NCBI RefSeq assembly: GCF_004010195.1
Contig: NC_057751.1
Coordinates: 9,307,611 to 9,367,610 of the forward strand
Origin: Chiloscyllium plagiosum
Taxonomy: Eukaryota
DNA: 60,000 nucleotides
Reading direction: 5' to 3'
Shown: piece by piece, positions 12,601 to 26,425 of the stretch
Layout: each line of letters starts with the position of its first letter
Position numbering within the stretch: the stretch's first letter is position 1
Position numbers and translations under genes: made by a program
Notes under the pieces: model-generated
What the model was told of the DNA's origin: nothing
Databases searched by the model: none
The model's input: the letters and a program-made list of their open reading frames with translations, nothing else

Positions 12601-12839
12601 TTTGATTGCACGTTGGTGACACTTTGCATCAGTTTACTGCTGAGTCCAAAGAAGCAAGAATCTGTCAGCCTTTTTTATTCTTGAATGCATTCTAAATGAG
12701 AAAGGGAATGCAGGAATGTCAAACAGATGTAAGAGTATGAATTTGTTACAAGGACATCCACACTAAAATAGGCAAGTAGTTTTCAGTACAAACCTATTCC
12801 AGCGGAAGGGAAAAAAAAATGAAATTAACTACTTATGGT

Positions 12840-13690
12840 TAACAAGTTTGCAGGTGACACCAAAATGCATGGTGTAGTGGACAGTTGAAGAAGATTATCT
12901 CAGAGTACAACACAACCTTGATCAGATGGGCGATGGGCCAAGGAGTGGCAAATGAAGTTTAATTTAGATAAATGTGGGGTGTTGCATTTATGGAAGGCAA
13001 AGTTATACAATTTTAATGGCCAGGCCCAGCAGAATATTGCTGAACCAAGAAACCTAGGGATGGAAGTGCATGGTTCCTTGAAAGTGGAGTCGCAGGTAGA
13101 CAGGGTGGTGAAGGAGGCATTTGGCACACTCGCTTCCATAAGAGTTGGGATGTTATGTTGTGGCTGTACAAAACATTGGTGAGGCGACTTTTAAAATACT
13201 GTGTACATTTCTGGTCACCGTTCTGTGGAACAATGTTATTTAACTTGACAGGGTTCAGAAAAGATTTACAAGGATGTTGCCAGGACTGTAAGATTTGAGT
13301 TATAGGGACAGGATGAATAGTCTGGGGTTTTTGTTAACTTGATGTATCATAGAGTGACGGGTGACCTTACAGAGGTTCACAAAATCCAGAGGGGCATTAG
13401 TGAGTGAATTGCCACGAGTTTTGATCTAAGGTAGGAATTAGAGGGTATAGGTTTAAGGTGAGAGGGGAAAGATTTAAAATGGACCGACGGGGATTCTTTT
13501 CATGTATGGAATGAGCTGCCAGAGGAAGTTGCAGAGGCTGGTACAATTACATTTAAAAAGGCATTTGCATGGGTACATGAACAGGAAGGGTTTAGAGGAA
13601 TGTGAGCCAAAGGCTGGGAAAAGGGAATAGGTCAGATTGGGATGTAGGGTTGGCCCGAAGGATCTGTTTCTGTGCCTCGTGACTTTACTT
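12840..13690 (+). mobile_element. CR1 ORF2 3' fragment
   Basis: MKFNLDKCGVLH...SLKVESQVDRVVK and the 3' tail. Confidence 0.85.
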
Positions 13691-13932
13691 AGAAAGAAGT
13701 TCTGATGAACAGTCATACCAAACTTGAAATATTCGTTTGTCCTAGCACAGTTGCTAACTGACCTAAGTTACTACAGCATGCTTTACATTTGCTCTTTCTG
13801 AAAAGTATGGTACTGCCCTACGTTACCATCCACAAGCTGAATTTTACCTTTGCAGAGAAAATCCTCATTTCAGATTTCAAATTGCAGTTGATTAGTAGCT
13901 TACAGGCGGCTACACGAACAGCATAGCGTCAT

Positions 13933-14281
13933 AGATTAGATTAGATTAGATTACTTTGAGATTAGAGATTAGATTACTTACAGTGTGAAAACAGGCCCTT
14001 CGGCCCAACAAGTCCACACCGACCCGCCGAAGCCCAACTCACCCAGACCCATTCCCCTACATTTCACCCCTTCACCTACCGCTACGGGAAATTTAGCATG
14101 ACCAATTCACCTAACCTGCACATTTTTGGACTGTGGGAGGAAACCGGAGCACCCGGAGGAAACCCACGCAGACACAGGGAGAATGTGCAAACTCCACACA
14201 GTCAGTCGCCTGAGGCGGGAATTGAACCCGGGTCTCTGGTGCTGTGAGGCAAGTGCTAACCACTGTGCCACCGTGCCGCCC
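13933..14281 (-). mobile_element. HE1-type tRNA-derived SINE, full length
   Basis: Head GGCGGCACGGTGGCACAGTGGTTAG with A box and GGTTCAATTCC B box, CR1-like 3' end and (TCTAA)n tail. Inserted in the tail of a CR1. Confidence 0.9.
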
Positions 14282-14284
14282 AAA

Positions 14285-14755
14285 AGATTTACAGCTGGAA
14301 ACAGACCCTTGGCCGGTTGGACCCGACCAGATATCCCAACCCAATCTAGTCTCACCTGCCAGCACCCGGCCCATATCCCTAAAAATGCTTCCTATTCATA
14401 TACCCATCCAAATGCCTCTTAAATGTTGCAATTGTACCACTACTTCCTCTGGCAGTTCATTCCATACACATACCACCCACTGTGTGAAAAAGTTGTCCCT
14501 TAGGTCTTTTTTATATCTTTCCCCTCTCACCCTAAACCTATGCCCTCTAGTTCTAGACTCCCCAACCCCAGCGAAAAGACTTAGTCTATTTACTCTATCC
14601 ATGCACCTCTTAATTTTGTAAACCTCTAATAAGGTCACCCCTCAGCCTCCAACGCTCCAAGGAAAACAGCCCCAGCCTGTTCAGCCTCTTCCTATAACTC
14701 AAATCCTCCATCCTGGCAACATCCTTGTAAATCTTTTCTGAACCCTTTCAAGTTT
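14285..14755 (-). mobile_element. CR1 3' end
   Basis: VYKIKRCMDRVN...ESRTRGHRF...WNELPEE. Confidence 0.85.
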
Positions 14756-15079
14756 GCAGGTACAAATTCTATCACTGAAACAGAGGTGGCAGTTTCAAAA
14801 TTTAGGCAGAACCTGGAAATTGGATGATAGGGGAACATACAGGGGAATATTTGAAGTTATGGCAGCAGCTGAGAATGGGGAAAGACTTTCTGGAGGGACT
14901 CTGTCAGACTGAATGAATATTGAGAGAAGTCAAATTCCCAATATGTGGAGAAAGCAGTTCACAAGTTAAATCAAGAAAACATTGCTGGAGGTCAAATACA
15001 AAGGTAGTTGTTGCAGACTGATTGCACACAAGCAATTCAATGACCTGGTAGTCTGACAGGGCAAAAGGAATTTGCAATA

Positions 15080-15760
15080 TAAGAGGCACAACCGCGTGCC
15101 CTTCAGCCGATTGAGATTGCTGTGCCTTTCAGTTTGCAGGTAATGACTGATTATCTATGTTAATGAACCTTTACTGCACGATTGCAACATTCGTTGGTTT
15201 CATAAGTCTTCAGAAATTGATTTTTTTTTTTAAAAACAGGTTCAAATGTCATAAGGAATGCATGTCGAACATTGAACAGTACAGGCCCTTCAGTGTGCCG
15301 GTCTTTACCGACAACTTATTTTTCTCCCTGAGGAGCCGACTAAGGGATATTGGCAAGATTAACAGAATTGACCAAGATCTGGGAAATGGAATACCATGTG
15401 GAAAATGTGTAACAGCCCATTTTGTTAGGAAGAATAAAAACACAACACACAATGCAAAAGCTAAGAGATTGCAGACCTTGTGACAAAGGAATTGTCTAAG
15501 TGCATAAATTGTAAAATGTGAGTATGCAGATACAGCATGAAACTGCAAAAGCTCATTATGTTATAATTAATTGCAAAGGAAATGTAGTACAAAATTTGGA
15601 AAGTTTTGCTTCAGTTGCACAGGGATTAGGGGATTCTATGACAAGCTATTTTATCTTTATATTGCTTGTAAGACAGAGGTTTCGATGGATTGGGGAAGGC
15701 AGATTTATTTCACGTGTTGAGAAGAGACCTGGAGTGGTTTCTTTTTAAGAGGTAACTGAA
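15080..15760 (+). mobile_element. Highly degenerate CR1 fragments
   Basis: KCVTAHFVRKN-like remnant and CR1-type nucleotide motifs. Confidence 0.45.
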
Positions 15761-16399
15761 AGTTCACCATGAACAGTGGAGATTTGTTTTGACTGAGGCT
15801 TCTGACAAATCAATCTGGTTCTGAAGAAGAACTTGAACCACTTGCCTCTCCCCAGATAGTGCCAGACCAGACGAGTTTCTCCCACATTCTGTGTTTGTTT
15901 CAGGTTTCCAGTAGCTTATGTGTTTTGTTTGTATTCGATTATTTCATTCACTGCCACTTCACTTCTCACAGGTACACCCACCTTCAACAAGTGCTGCTTG
16001 TCACTTCGACAGTATTTTGCGAACACTTCATCCAGTATGAGAAGGCAGTCAGAAAGCCATGAAGGTTAAAAAACATGCATTCAGAACAGCCTCGCATGGA
16101 TTCGGACTGAAGCTCCATCCTTCGTGTTTGGACCTCCACAGATTTACAAGTATTTCCAAGACAAAGAACGATCCTTCCACAGCTGCTTGGACCATATCCT
16201 GAGATCCACACTTAGTGTTATGCACTGCCATATGCACACTGTCAACCTCTCTCCCCATCTGCACTGCCTCACACTAATCACAAAGCTGTGCTTGTTCTGT
16301 TCTTTTTCATTCTTTGTTTCATTCAATCAGGTGTTAATGAATGCAAGCTTCAAACATTCAAGGTTTCTGATGCCCATCTGGATTATTCTTTGTCAATAA

Positions 16400-17700
16400 T
16401 ACCTTCCCTTCATGGAATTCCACTTCTTGCCAATATAGTCACCATCCCCTCTGACGCAGAACAATCTGTGCTCAGGAAAGAACTCAGCTTGATTTCTTTC
16501 GGCCACCACCTCAAAACTTTGGACGTGACAATGACACAGCAATGAACTCTTTTTCCATCATCTCCAATCCGTCTCCACTTCTTTGGACTAGGATCCTCAG
16601 GCCACCCTAATATCCATCTCCAACAAATCCCCCTCCACTTGGACTTCTGCCTCTGTACCTTTACTGGTATTGGATCTCCTCATTGAAAATTTCTAACACG
16701 ACAAAAACTGCTTTAATTTCTGTACTCCTCTCATCCACTCCAAACTGTCTCCTGCTGAATGTGCTGCACTCCTGTTTCCTCAGGTCCAAGCTCGACATTG
16801 TTACTGAATCTGCTGATAAGGGTGGTGCATTTGTTGCCTCGTGTGTTGACCACTCCCTGGTACAGGCTAAATACCAACTCTCAGACAATGCCTCCTAACC
16901 CCCAGCTCATGACCCCATCATTGACATCAGTCCAGTGTTTCTGGACTGTCACTGACCACATTTCTTCGAGCTGAATCTGCTGATAAGGGTGGTGCATTTG
17001 TTGCCTCGTGTGTTGACCACTCCCTGGTACAGGCTAAATACCAACTCTCAGACAATGCCTCCTATCCCCCCAGCTCATGACCCCATCATTGACATCAGTC
17101 CAGTGTTTCCTGGACTGTCACTGACCATATTTCTTCGAGCGATCACCCTTCTGCAGCTTCTCACCTTATTGTCCCCATGTGCGGACTGCAGCTTCTACTT
17201 CCTTCCCAAACTTCATAAACAGGACAGCCGTGGAAGACTCATTATTTCAGCAAGTTCCTGCACCACTGAACTCACTCATTCCTTTGTTGATCTTTTCTCA
17301 TGGCGCCCCCCACCCCCCTCATTGTTCAGTGTCTCCCACTACCATTTGTGATTCTTCTGATACTTTACATTGATTCCATAACTGCATGTATTCAGGTCTG
17401 AGCCATTTCTTTTCACCATAGGTTTACAATTCCTCTCTCCAACCATTGTCCATTAGGAGGGCCTGAAGGATCTCCGCTTCTTCCTTGAATACAGGCCCGC
17501 ACAGTTTCCAATACTATCAGTTTACTTAGCCTGGTGGGGTTCATTCTCAGTATGAATAAGTTTGTTATGCATCACATATTCTCCAAATCAAACATGTGGC
17601 CACACAGGCCCCAAATATGCAAGTCTCACTGTGGGATATATGGAATTTTCTTTCTTCCAATCATACTCACAATTCTTTCTTGAATACATTGCTGCTTCCT
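16400..17700 (+). mobile_element. Degenerate PLE reverse transcriptase fragment
   Basis: ADKGGAFV and FYFLPKLHK...GRLIISA match the PLE RT motifs ADKG and YxLPKxHK...RPII. Confidence 0.75.
16804..17139 (+). repeat. Tandem duplication (167 and 169 bp)
   Basis: 16804-16970 repeated at 16971-17139 with about 4 differences. Confidence 0.9.
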
Positions 17701-19329
17701 GGTCCACTCCTCCAGCCTTGTAAATGCTACCTCACTTTCCCATCCCCATCCCCTTCCACCATAATAAAACCTTCATTATCCAATGCATGGAATTATAGTA
17801 TCAAATCATATCATGACTTATTCACATCTCATGTTTTTAGTGTGTACTTTGTGATTACCAATGTCTGTTTGTCTCTTTATTATTTCAACGTGATTAGATA
17901 ATATCTTCATGGGTAATAAATCATAATTTTAAATATACAAACACAATTAGATTGGGATCGAATTGACTAAAGGTGAAATCTTTTGTCATGAAATTATAAC
18001 ACCAGAATAGTTGGTTTGAAGTTTGTTTTCTGTAAAAATGATTGCATGAACCAAGGTTTTCTATGATCATGTAAGCTGTACACCATTTTTGATTATGTAC
18101 ACCTCCGATGCATGCAAATTTCAAGGTTGAAACAAAGGATCCTGAATCCCTTCTGGTCTAAGAGAAAATAAAGGGATAAACCCACTCTTTCAAAAAAACT
18201 CATGCTAAATTCAGGATGAAACCAATTTGTTCTTTTGCAAAAGTGATTGAAGAAACATCTTAAATTTATCTTTCCAGAGCAAGCTGTGTCTCCAAGACTT
18301 CAAACACAGATGAGCTAGTGATTCATGATATGATTAGTTCTTGAACGCATATGCCAGATCACAATATCATAAAATTCGACAGCAAGCTGTGCTTTATCCT
18401 TCTGGCGCAAGGGCAATCAGCTGGCTTTCGAGAAAACAAAATCATTATCACTCTCTATAGAGAAATCAGCATTTTGCTTCTCTTTTCTACATGAATTTGT
18501 GTTTGTTTTAGGGATTAGCATTTCTCTTTCTCTATTATTAACTGTGTATATTAATTAATTATTTTGCCTGAGTTGAAGAAATTTTGTTTCATAAGTAACT
18601 ATTAATTGTGCTCATGATCTGTTTGAGAGACTGGTTATTTAAAACCTTACACAGCTGAGGTGCTCAATTGATGATCCTGTTCACTTGAAAAAAACTCTCT
18701 TTTAACTATGTTGGAAGCCTCACTCAGGCATGACCTGGTAAGTAGCATGTAATATTTTCATTACTACCACACCTCAAATTTCCCCTGATGTTTAATTGCA
18801 GTGCCATGGTCAAATCTCCTGTCATCAACAATCATACGGTGCTGCAGAAACTAAACAATTACTTGGAGTCTGCCTCGTGAAGTAATTTCATTCAACCTGA
18901 GGCCAATGCATTGGGACCACTAAATGAGGTCCCTCTGTTGAGCCGTGAGTGCTTCTTAGACTGTCATTTGGCTTTGATATACCCAAAGTGCTGTTAGTGA
19001 GGGACGTTCAGCAATTTTTGTTCACTCATGGTATGTGGATGCTGCCAACTGAGTTAGCATCTTTTGCACTGAGCTCGTTGCTTGAGAAGATCATACGGTG
19101 CTATTTCTTGAACTGCTGCACCCATGTGCTGCAGGTAGATGCCTTTTGGGAGAGAGTTCCAAGAGTTTGAAAGACTGGCAGTATATTTTCAATTCAGGAA
19201 GATGTGGAAGGTGACTTGGTCTTGCTCAGTCCAACATGCTGTGAATGCAGCCTTTGTGAATTTCTACAGCGCATCTTGTAATGCAGAATCTTCTAGTGCA
19301 CACTGTGGTGGCAGACTATTGTTTGACCA

Positions 19330-20655
19330 ATTTGTTAGAGTTCTTCAAAGACACTGGAGTGCCAGAGGCTGAGGAGTGACCTTACAGAAGTTTATAAAAT
19401 CATGAGGAGCATGGACAGGGTAAATGAACAAGAGTGGACTGAAGGATCTGTTTCCATGCTGTACGTGTCTCTGACTCTGTGTAACAAGCAAAGTGGAGAA
19501 TGTTGTAAGTTATCTGAACTTCTGGAAGGCATGTCATGAAAACCAGACAAAAGGTTCATTTGGATCATATGGGGGCATGGATAATTTATTAGCCTGGTTA
19601 GATGACTGGCTGATGGACAGAAGACAGAAAGTTAGGATAAATACGTGTTTTTATAGGTGGCAAGATGTAACTAGTGGGGTGTCACAGTACTTGGAGCCCA
19701 GTTATTTGCAATCTGCATTATTGATTTGGACACAGGAGTAGAAGGCTCTATAGCCAAATTTGCAGATGACACGAAAATAAACAGGACGGTAAATTGCAAC
19801 AAGGAAATAAGAACCTTACAAATGGATAGAGATAGACCAGGTGAGTGGGTCAAAATGTGGCAGATGAAGTTTCACCTGGATAAGTGAGAGGTCATGCATT
19901 TGGGTCAAAAAAAATGGGAAGGCAACCTATTATCTTAATGGGGAAAGACTGCAGGGTGTATGGGTGCAGACAGATCTAGGTCTATTTATTCAACAGTCAC
20001 ACAAAACTAGAAGATAATAAAACAAATGGAATATTGACTTTTATAGCTAAGGGAATAGAATATAAAGATAAGGAAGTATTGTTGCAACTATGCAACGTTG
20101 TGGAGAGACCGCACCTGGAGTATTGTGCACAGTCTTGGACCCCTCATTTAAGACAAGATGGAGTGGCATTGGAAGTAGTTGAGAGGAGGTTCACTAAGTT
20201 AATCTCAGAGACGAGGGGTTTATCGTATGAAGAGAGATTGAGCAGTTTAGGCCTATACTCTCTGGAATTTAGAAGAATAAAGATATCAAACTGAATTTTT
20301 CAAGATGATAAAAGGTGTGGATAAAATAAATGTGGAGCTGATGCTTCCTCTTATGGGGCATTCTAGGGTGAAAGGTCAATATCTTAGGATAAGGGGTAGC
20401 AAATTTAAAACAGAGTTGAGGAGAAACTACTTCTCCCAAAGCTGTGGAATTCGCTACGTCAAAGTGAAGGGGATTGTGGGACAGAGAATAAATTTAAGGA
20501 GGAGTTAGATAGCTTTTTAATTGGTAATGGGTTGAAGGGATATGGAGAGAAGGCAGGAAAATGGGGGTAAGGAGCATATCAGCCATGATCAAATGGCGGA
20601 GTGGACTCGTTGGTTCGAATGGCCTAATTCTGCTCTTCTCCCTTATGAACTTACA
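19330..20655 (+). mobile_element. CR1 RT and 3' end
   Basis: WQDVTSGV, AKFADDTK, RPHLEYCAQSW and a 3' tail. Confidence 0.9.
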
Positions 20656-22414
20656 TGAAACATCCAGTGAACTGTTTCTTGTCCAGTATTGTTATGTTTA
20701 AAACACGGCATCAATGCACGCCTGTCAATTATATCTGTTCTCTTTTCACTCACAATTTAAAATTACAATTACTTTGCACCATCCTTTTCCTAAAGTTGAA
20801 GTCTGACTCGAAACTACATACGATTAATCTGAGATGGCACAACATCGCAGAACGGTGAGAATATTTCATTGCACAAGCAAAGAGACAAGAGATATATGCC
20901 CAGATTTTAACTCTCACTCGCCCAGCAGAAACATCTCAGGATTGAGACTGTCATTAAATTTGTACCCTGCACAATGCTGAAGTCACTGGAACATAATATT
21001 CGGATGGAGGTGGGGGACTGCTAGACATGTGACATTTAACAAAAACCCTCAATTCACTGGATAGCTTAATTGAAATCAGAGTGCTTATATTTGAGTTGTA
21101 TTTTCATATTCCTTCCATATTCCAAAGCCATTGCAATATTGTAGACTTATGGTCTTCAGATCAATATTTCTCATTCAATTACAACCAAATTAACTGGTTA
21201 ATAACATCTTTGATGCTTTTAGGTTCTTGCAGTGCACAATGTGATTGCTGCATTTCCCCAACAAGTTTATGCTTAGAAACATCACAGAATTACATCTGTG
21301 CAGTCCCTTCAGTCAAACTCCAATTCTTGTACCGCTTCTTCCTTCAGGTATGAATTGTACTAGCTCTGCACTCTGAAGTATCTCGAAACCAGCTGCTACA
21401 TAACAAAAACAACAAGCTGTTGTTTTTGAACTCTAACTGATATTGACGACATTTTCAAACTATACAGAGATTCATATATAAAGGGTGTATTAGGTTATCT
21501 GTATCCAATTTCATCCGACACACAGGTTATGAAGAAAGGAAAAATAAAAGAAAGATCAAAAAGAGCTACAGTTGATATACTCAATTTACCTTAACATAAA
21601 CTGAGGTCCCAATGCACTGTTTGACTACAAGCATCTGTAACCTTTACTCAGTCCCAGCAAACTTAGCCACTTGTGAATGAGTTTCAGAATACATGCCAAA
21701 GTCTCCACCACCTTTCCATTTTATTTAACTATGACTTTCTGACAACCTCCTTTTCTCCCTTTTGTCTCTATTTGTGTATGTTCTTACCAGCTGCACTCCA
21801 CAGACGGTGATTGAGAGCAGCAACACTGCCTGGATATCACCTCTCGCACCAAAGTGTTCAGTTCACATGCAATATCTCTGCTGTGGTCCCAGACCACAGT
21901 TTGGATCTTCTCAATCATTGCTGCTCTTACTAACTTCATGCAGAGAAGTAGTGCTACAAATCGATAAACAGGCAATAAATCATAAGCAACTAACATCCCT
22001 CCACTATGGATTGAAATCTTTGCTTTTGCTCAGTAGACCAGGTTAACAGCCTCACTCAGGGAACTCATACTCTATGAGGTCCACGTGACTAAGCTTGTTA
22101 CAACCACTTCATTTATTATTACAAAATATTTATCTCTCAGCACAGGTTTTACTCAAAGTGCACTCACAAGGTGAGGCAAATGATTTAAGGTCAAAAACAT
22201 GAGCTTTTATTCATGACCTGGATGCAAAATAAAACTTCAACTGCTTTATCTCAACAGCATCCCTGCAGGTGTGCTTTTCAAATATTTGAAAATAGTAACT
22301 CGTTGAGGAATCCCCTCCCCATTTTAGTTTCAGAATATTCTTGTTCACCACCGAAAGGACTGCACTGTACCTGCACAGGATGTTTTTTGTTGGTTGACAG
22401 ATGGAAAAGGAAAA

Positions 22415-22550
22415 AGTGAGGACTGCAGATGCTGGAGAACAGAGTCAAGAATGTGGTGCTGGAAAAACACAGGTCAGGCAGCATCCAAGGAGCAGGAGAA
22501 TTGATAAATCGGGCATAATTTGTGATGAAAGGCTTATGCCTCAAACAGCA
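22415..22550. mobile_element. Short PLE terminal remnant
   Basis: gactgcagatgctggag...caggtcaggcagcatcc, with a degenerate hammerhead (tgatgaaaggcttatgcctcaaac). Confidence 0.65.
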
Positions 22551-23589
22551 TTTGACAGATGAAAATACCCAGTGTCTACTGAGTTTTTCCACCGGATTTC
22601 TGTTTAATTGGTAATGTTTCAGTTAGGTAACTGCAGAAAAGGTCCACTACGTTATTTTCCTTCCAAACATTATGAAGTTTGTTCAGAATTTGTGCTCAGC
22701 CCATAAGGTTTAAAAAGGTACAACCCCCCAAAAACTATTTTTCAAGATCTCCGTGTATCTCCAAGAGAAATACAGAGAATATTTTTGAGGGCATGTCATT
22801 TTTTTGTAACATATACGGTTCAATTAAAAATTTAGATATTCTGTTGTCTTGAATTTTCAGGAGAGTTCCCCAGCCTCAGATGTGCTCACTGATGTTCACA
22901 AGAGACACATAACTCCCTTTGTGACAATGCTACTGCAGTATTACCAAGGATTAATTGGCACGCAATTACCCAAGACATGTGCACACCAGTTGTTATAAAA
23001 ATTTAGAATGATGAATGAGCTTACCTCAGTTTACCTGTGTCGTCTAGTTCTATTTATATGCAGCAGTTTTGTATTCTCAAGTTGGTGAATTTTATTCCTG
23101 CTTGGTCATGAGTGATGCAACTATTTATCAGCCATCTTCTTCCCAAGGTGATTTAGTTTGGCTGATTTGCTTCTGTGCCAAATACTTGGAGCAATTCTCA
23201 ATTTACTCACCTGCAGAATAGCTATCAGATGTCATCAAATCATTCTCTCAGTTTCCAGACTTGGATTTGTTACAAACAGCATGAGGAAGGAGATCCTTCT
23301 TTTCTTTCTGTCCCTCTATATTGTGTTCATAATCTGACACTTGTGTCATTTAAGTTTTTTTGACCTTTGTTGCTCCTTCTAAACACCCAAAAGCCTAAAT
23401 ACTCTTCTCCTTCACTGAAAAGGATACCCATTAACTTTCTCCTACTTGAACTCCGTCAGACATTCAATGGGTTATTGACACCTACTATCAGTTTGTCACA
23501 ATGGCTTTCTTTTTGTTTCTGCAATTAAAAACTTCATAATTGCATGTTAGCTGCATTGTTGTTTCTTTATCTGAAGTTTTCAAAGATTA

Positions 23590-25220
23590 GTTTTTTGAAT
23601 GGTTTTTGTAAATATATCAGCAAATATTTGTAACTTTACAAACATAAAACTATTGAAAAATACAAATCAATAACAAGTATCAGTATAAGAAAAAAACTCA
23701 TTACAATACAATTACTGTCTGCTAACTACTAACCTTCCCTATAATACAAAACAAACCCTAAACCTGTGCAAAGCAACACCAATCAATAAGTAAATAACTA
23801 ATAGATCTAAAAAAGAAAGAAAAGCAAAAAAACCCCACAAAATACAGAACAGCTATGCACGACGCAAAACTCCCAAACAAAGGAACAGGAGCATTGTTTA
23901 TATACCCGTATTAACTCAAGAGACCCCCTCCAGAGCCCAGGGCTTGACAAACCTAACCATCCTGGTAAAACAAATGCCCTAGTTAAGGTAACTGACAGAT
24001 CTATATCCAAATAACTCAAGTAGGGCTGCCATGTCTTATAAAAATGGTATGTTGTGTGGTGCACCATGTTTGATAAAAAGGTCCAAGGAAACGTGCGCCA
24101 TAATTAATTTCTGCCATTCCAGTAAGTCTGGTGGGTTCTCAGACACCCAGTTCATCAGAATATTCTTCCATGCACAGTATGCAAGAATATTAAATAGTTT
24201 CTTCCCATGCCCATCTAAAGAAGGTAAATTTGGTAGACCTAAGAGGAGAGATATCAGGTCTACTTTGACTTCAGTCCTCAATACCCTCCCTATCTCCCCC
24301 GCCACAGCGCTCCAATAAACACGGAGTCTGTGGCATGTCCAGAAGCAATGGGTAAGAATACCTACACTTATTTTACATTTGGGGCACACTGAAGATGCCC
24401 CTTTTTTAAACTTCATTAGATGGTCTGGTGCCAGATGAGCTCTGTCCAGGACTTTTAACTGCACAGCGCATGTCCTATTACAGATTGAGATCGTTTCAGC
24501 ATTCTCTCATATGTTCTCCCCATGTTTCAGAAGAGATCTCCACTCCTCGCTCTTGCTCCCAGACTTCACATAACCGGTTAATATCCTGCCAGACCCTGCC
24601 ACCCAGCAGTGATAGAGGGCACTAACCGAAAGGGTGCTTGTGGAACGTAGCAACAGCCTCTCTGCATCAGGCTTATAGGGCTTAGTGAGAAGCGTGGTCT
24701 TCTTCTGGATGAAATCCCTAACCTGAAAAAGAACAGAAATGACCTCTGCTGGGCAACCCGTATTTGCTGTTCCGTTGCTCAAAAGACATCATCAACACGG
24801 ACATCTACTACAAACCAACCGACTCCCACAGCTACCTCCTGCCACCCAGCAGGTGATAGAGGGCACTAACCGAAAGGGTGCTTGTGGAACGTAGCAACAG
24901 CCTCTCTGTATCAGGCTTATAGGGCTTAGTGAGAAGCGTGGTCTTCTTCTGGATGAAATCCCTAACCTGAAAAAGAACAGAAGTGACCTCTGCTGGGCAA
25001 CCCGTATTTGCTGCTCCGTTGCTCAAAAGACATCATGACCTCCCCTTCAAACAAGTCTCCCACACTAGAAACTCCTCTCGCTGCCCATATTTTGAACCCT
25101 GAGTCCATCATCTCTGGTCGGAACCCTGGTGTGCCAACTTTAGGCGTAAGTGGTGAAGTCTTGGATAAGCAGCCCTAACTCTGACACATCGCCCTCCATG
25201 CTTTGACTGTACTAATGACA
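23590..25220 (-). mobile_element. 5'-truncated L1-clade LINE (ORF2 C-terminus and 3' UTR)
   Basis: ORF 24036-24464 has the zf-RVT-type knuckle CPKC...THCFWTC..L..YW, followed by a T-rich 3' UTR on the minus strand. Confidence 0.85.
24595..25036 (+). repeat. 198-bp direct duplication separated by a 45-bp PLE fragment
   Basis: 24595-24792 and 24838-25036 differ at 4 positions; the spacer encodes NTDIYYKPTDSHSYL. Confidence 0.9.
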
Positions 25221-26029
25221 CTTTTTTGCATTTAACAAATTTGCAATTTTAATAATGCAGCATCATCACAAAGGAGTTATATGGTCTCTTGTGAACGTCA
25301 GTGAGCACAGTTGAGGCTGGAACTCTCCTAGAAATTCCAGACAACAGAATACCTAAATTTTTAATTGAGCAGTACATGTCTCAAAATATCCTCAACAAAG
25401 CCTGCCTGACAGATAATAAATAGGATGGTTGGGGGTTCTGTTCACTCTCAGAAACAGCTCTCAGCTAGCTGGGTCAGTGTCACGGACATGGCCTATGTAA
25501 ATAAAGAGTGACGTAGTGATGGGATACTGGCCATGGTGGAGTTAATTCAGCACTGATCTCCACCACTCCTCACTGAGGCCCCTTTCTTAACTAATGTGTT
25601 GTATGATTCTCAGATGCATCCGATTGTGCTATTGATTTCCTTTTATAGAGGATTCGCACAAGTGTGCTCCAATTAATACCGATAAGGGTTTGTACAAATA
25701 TCTAAGACTGCCTTTTGGAATATCATCAGCCTGTTCTGTTTTTCAGAAGATTAAACAGAACATGTTACAAGGTCTATTTTGGGTCGCCACGTATCTGGAT
25801 GACATACTCATAACCAGGAATAACAATAAAGATGATTGAGAACTTGGACATGGTGCTTAAATGTTGCACAAAAGCAACCTTAGGAGTGAAAAATCTATGT
25901 TTCATGCACTCTATTTATGCTACAGAGTCAACAAGACCATGGGAAGATAAAGCGAGGGTGATCAACTGTGCCCTGGTTCAGATGTCTGTACTGGAGGATA
26001 GGCCTTGTCTTGTAGTGGTGGAAAATTCA

Positions 26030-26425
26030 TGAGTGCCACAGGGTTCATGCCTCACACCCCAAATATTTATAATATGTATTAATAACATGAATGCAGGCAT
26101 TGAATCCACCAAATCAAATTTGCAGATTAACCTAAAATAGATAAGACATTAAATTTCCAAGAAACAATAAGACTTTTACAAATGGATATGGATAGGTTAA
26201 GTGAATAGGCCAAAATTTGGCACATGGAGTTTCATGTGGAAGTGGTGGAGATTGGTACAATTGTAGCATTTAAAAGGCATCGGGTTAGGTATATGGATAG
26301 GCAGGATTTGGAGGGATATGGGCCAAGTGTTCACAAATGGGACTTAATTACATTAGGAAATCTGGTCAGCATGATGAATTGGACCAAAGGGTCTGTTTCC
26401 GTGCTGTACATCTCTATGACTCTAA
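26030..26425 (+). mobile_element. CR1 fragments
   Basis: KFAD-like remnant joined to a CR1 3' tail ending ctctatgactcta. Confidence 0.7.

Larger units (their letters stand above)
22812..25380. repeat. Pair of diverged inverted repeats of about 130 bp (about 22812-22942 and 25251-25380)
   Basis: caattaaaaatttagatattctgttgtc...gctcactgatgttcacaagagac versus gtctcttgtgaacgtcagtgagc...gacaacagaatacctaaatttttaattg. Confidence 0.8.

Noticed and set aside
14210..14281. tRNA-like sequence (also at 59328-59400)
   Set aside because: SINE heads continuous with SINE bodies, not tRNA genes.
23053..23058. TATAAA on the minus strand as the promoter of a GnRH-like gene (GNRH1 is near CDCA2 in human)
   Set aside because: Too close to the donor at 23024 to leave a first exon, and I found no QHWS...PG-GKR coding sequence.
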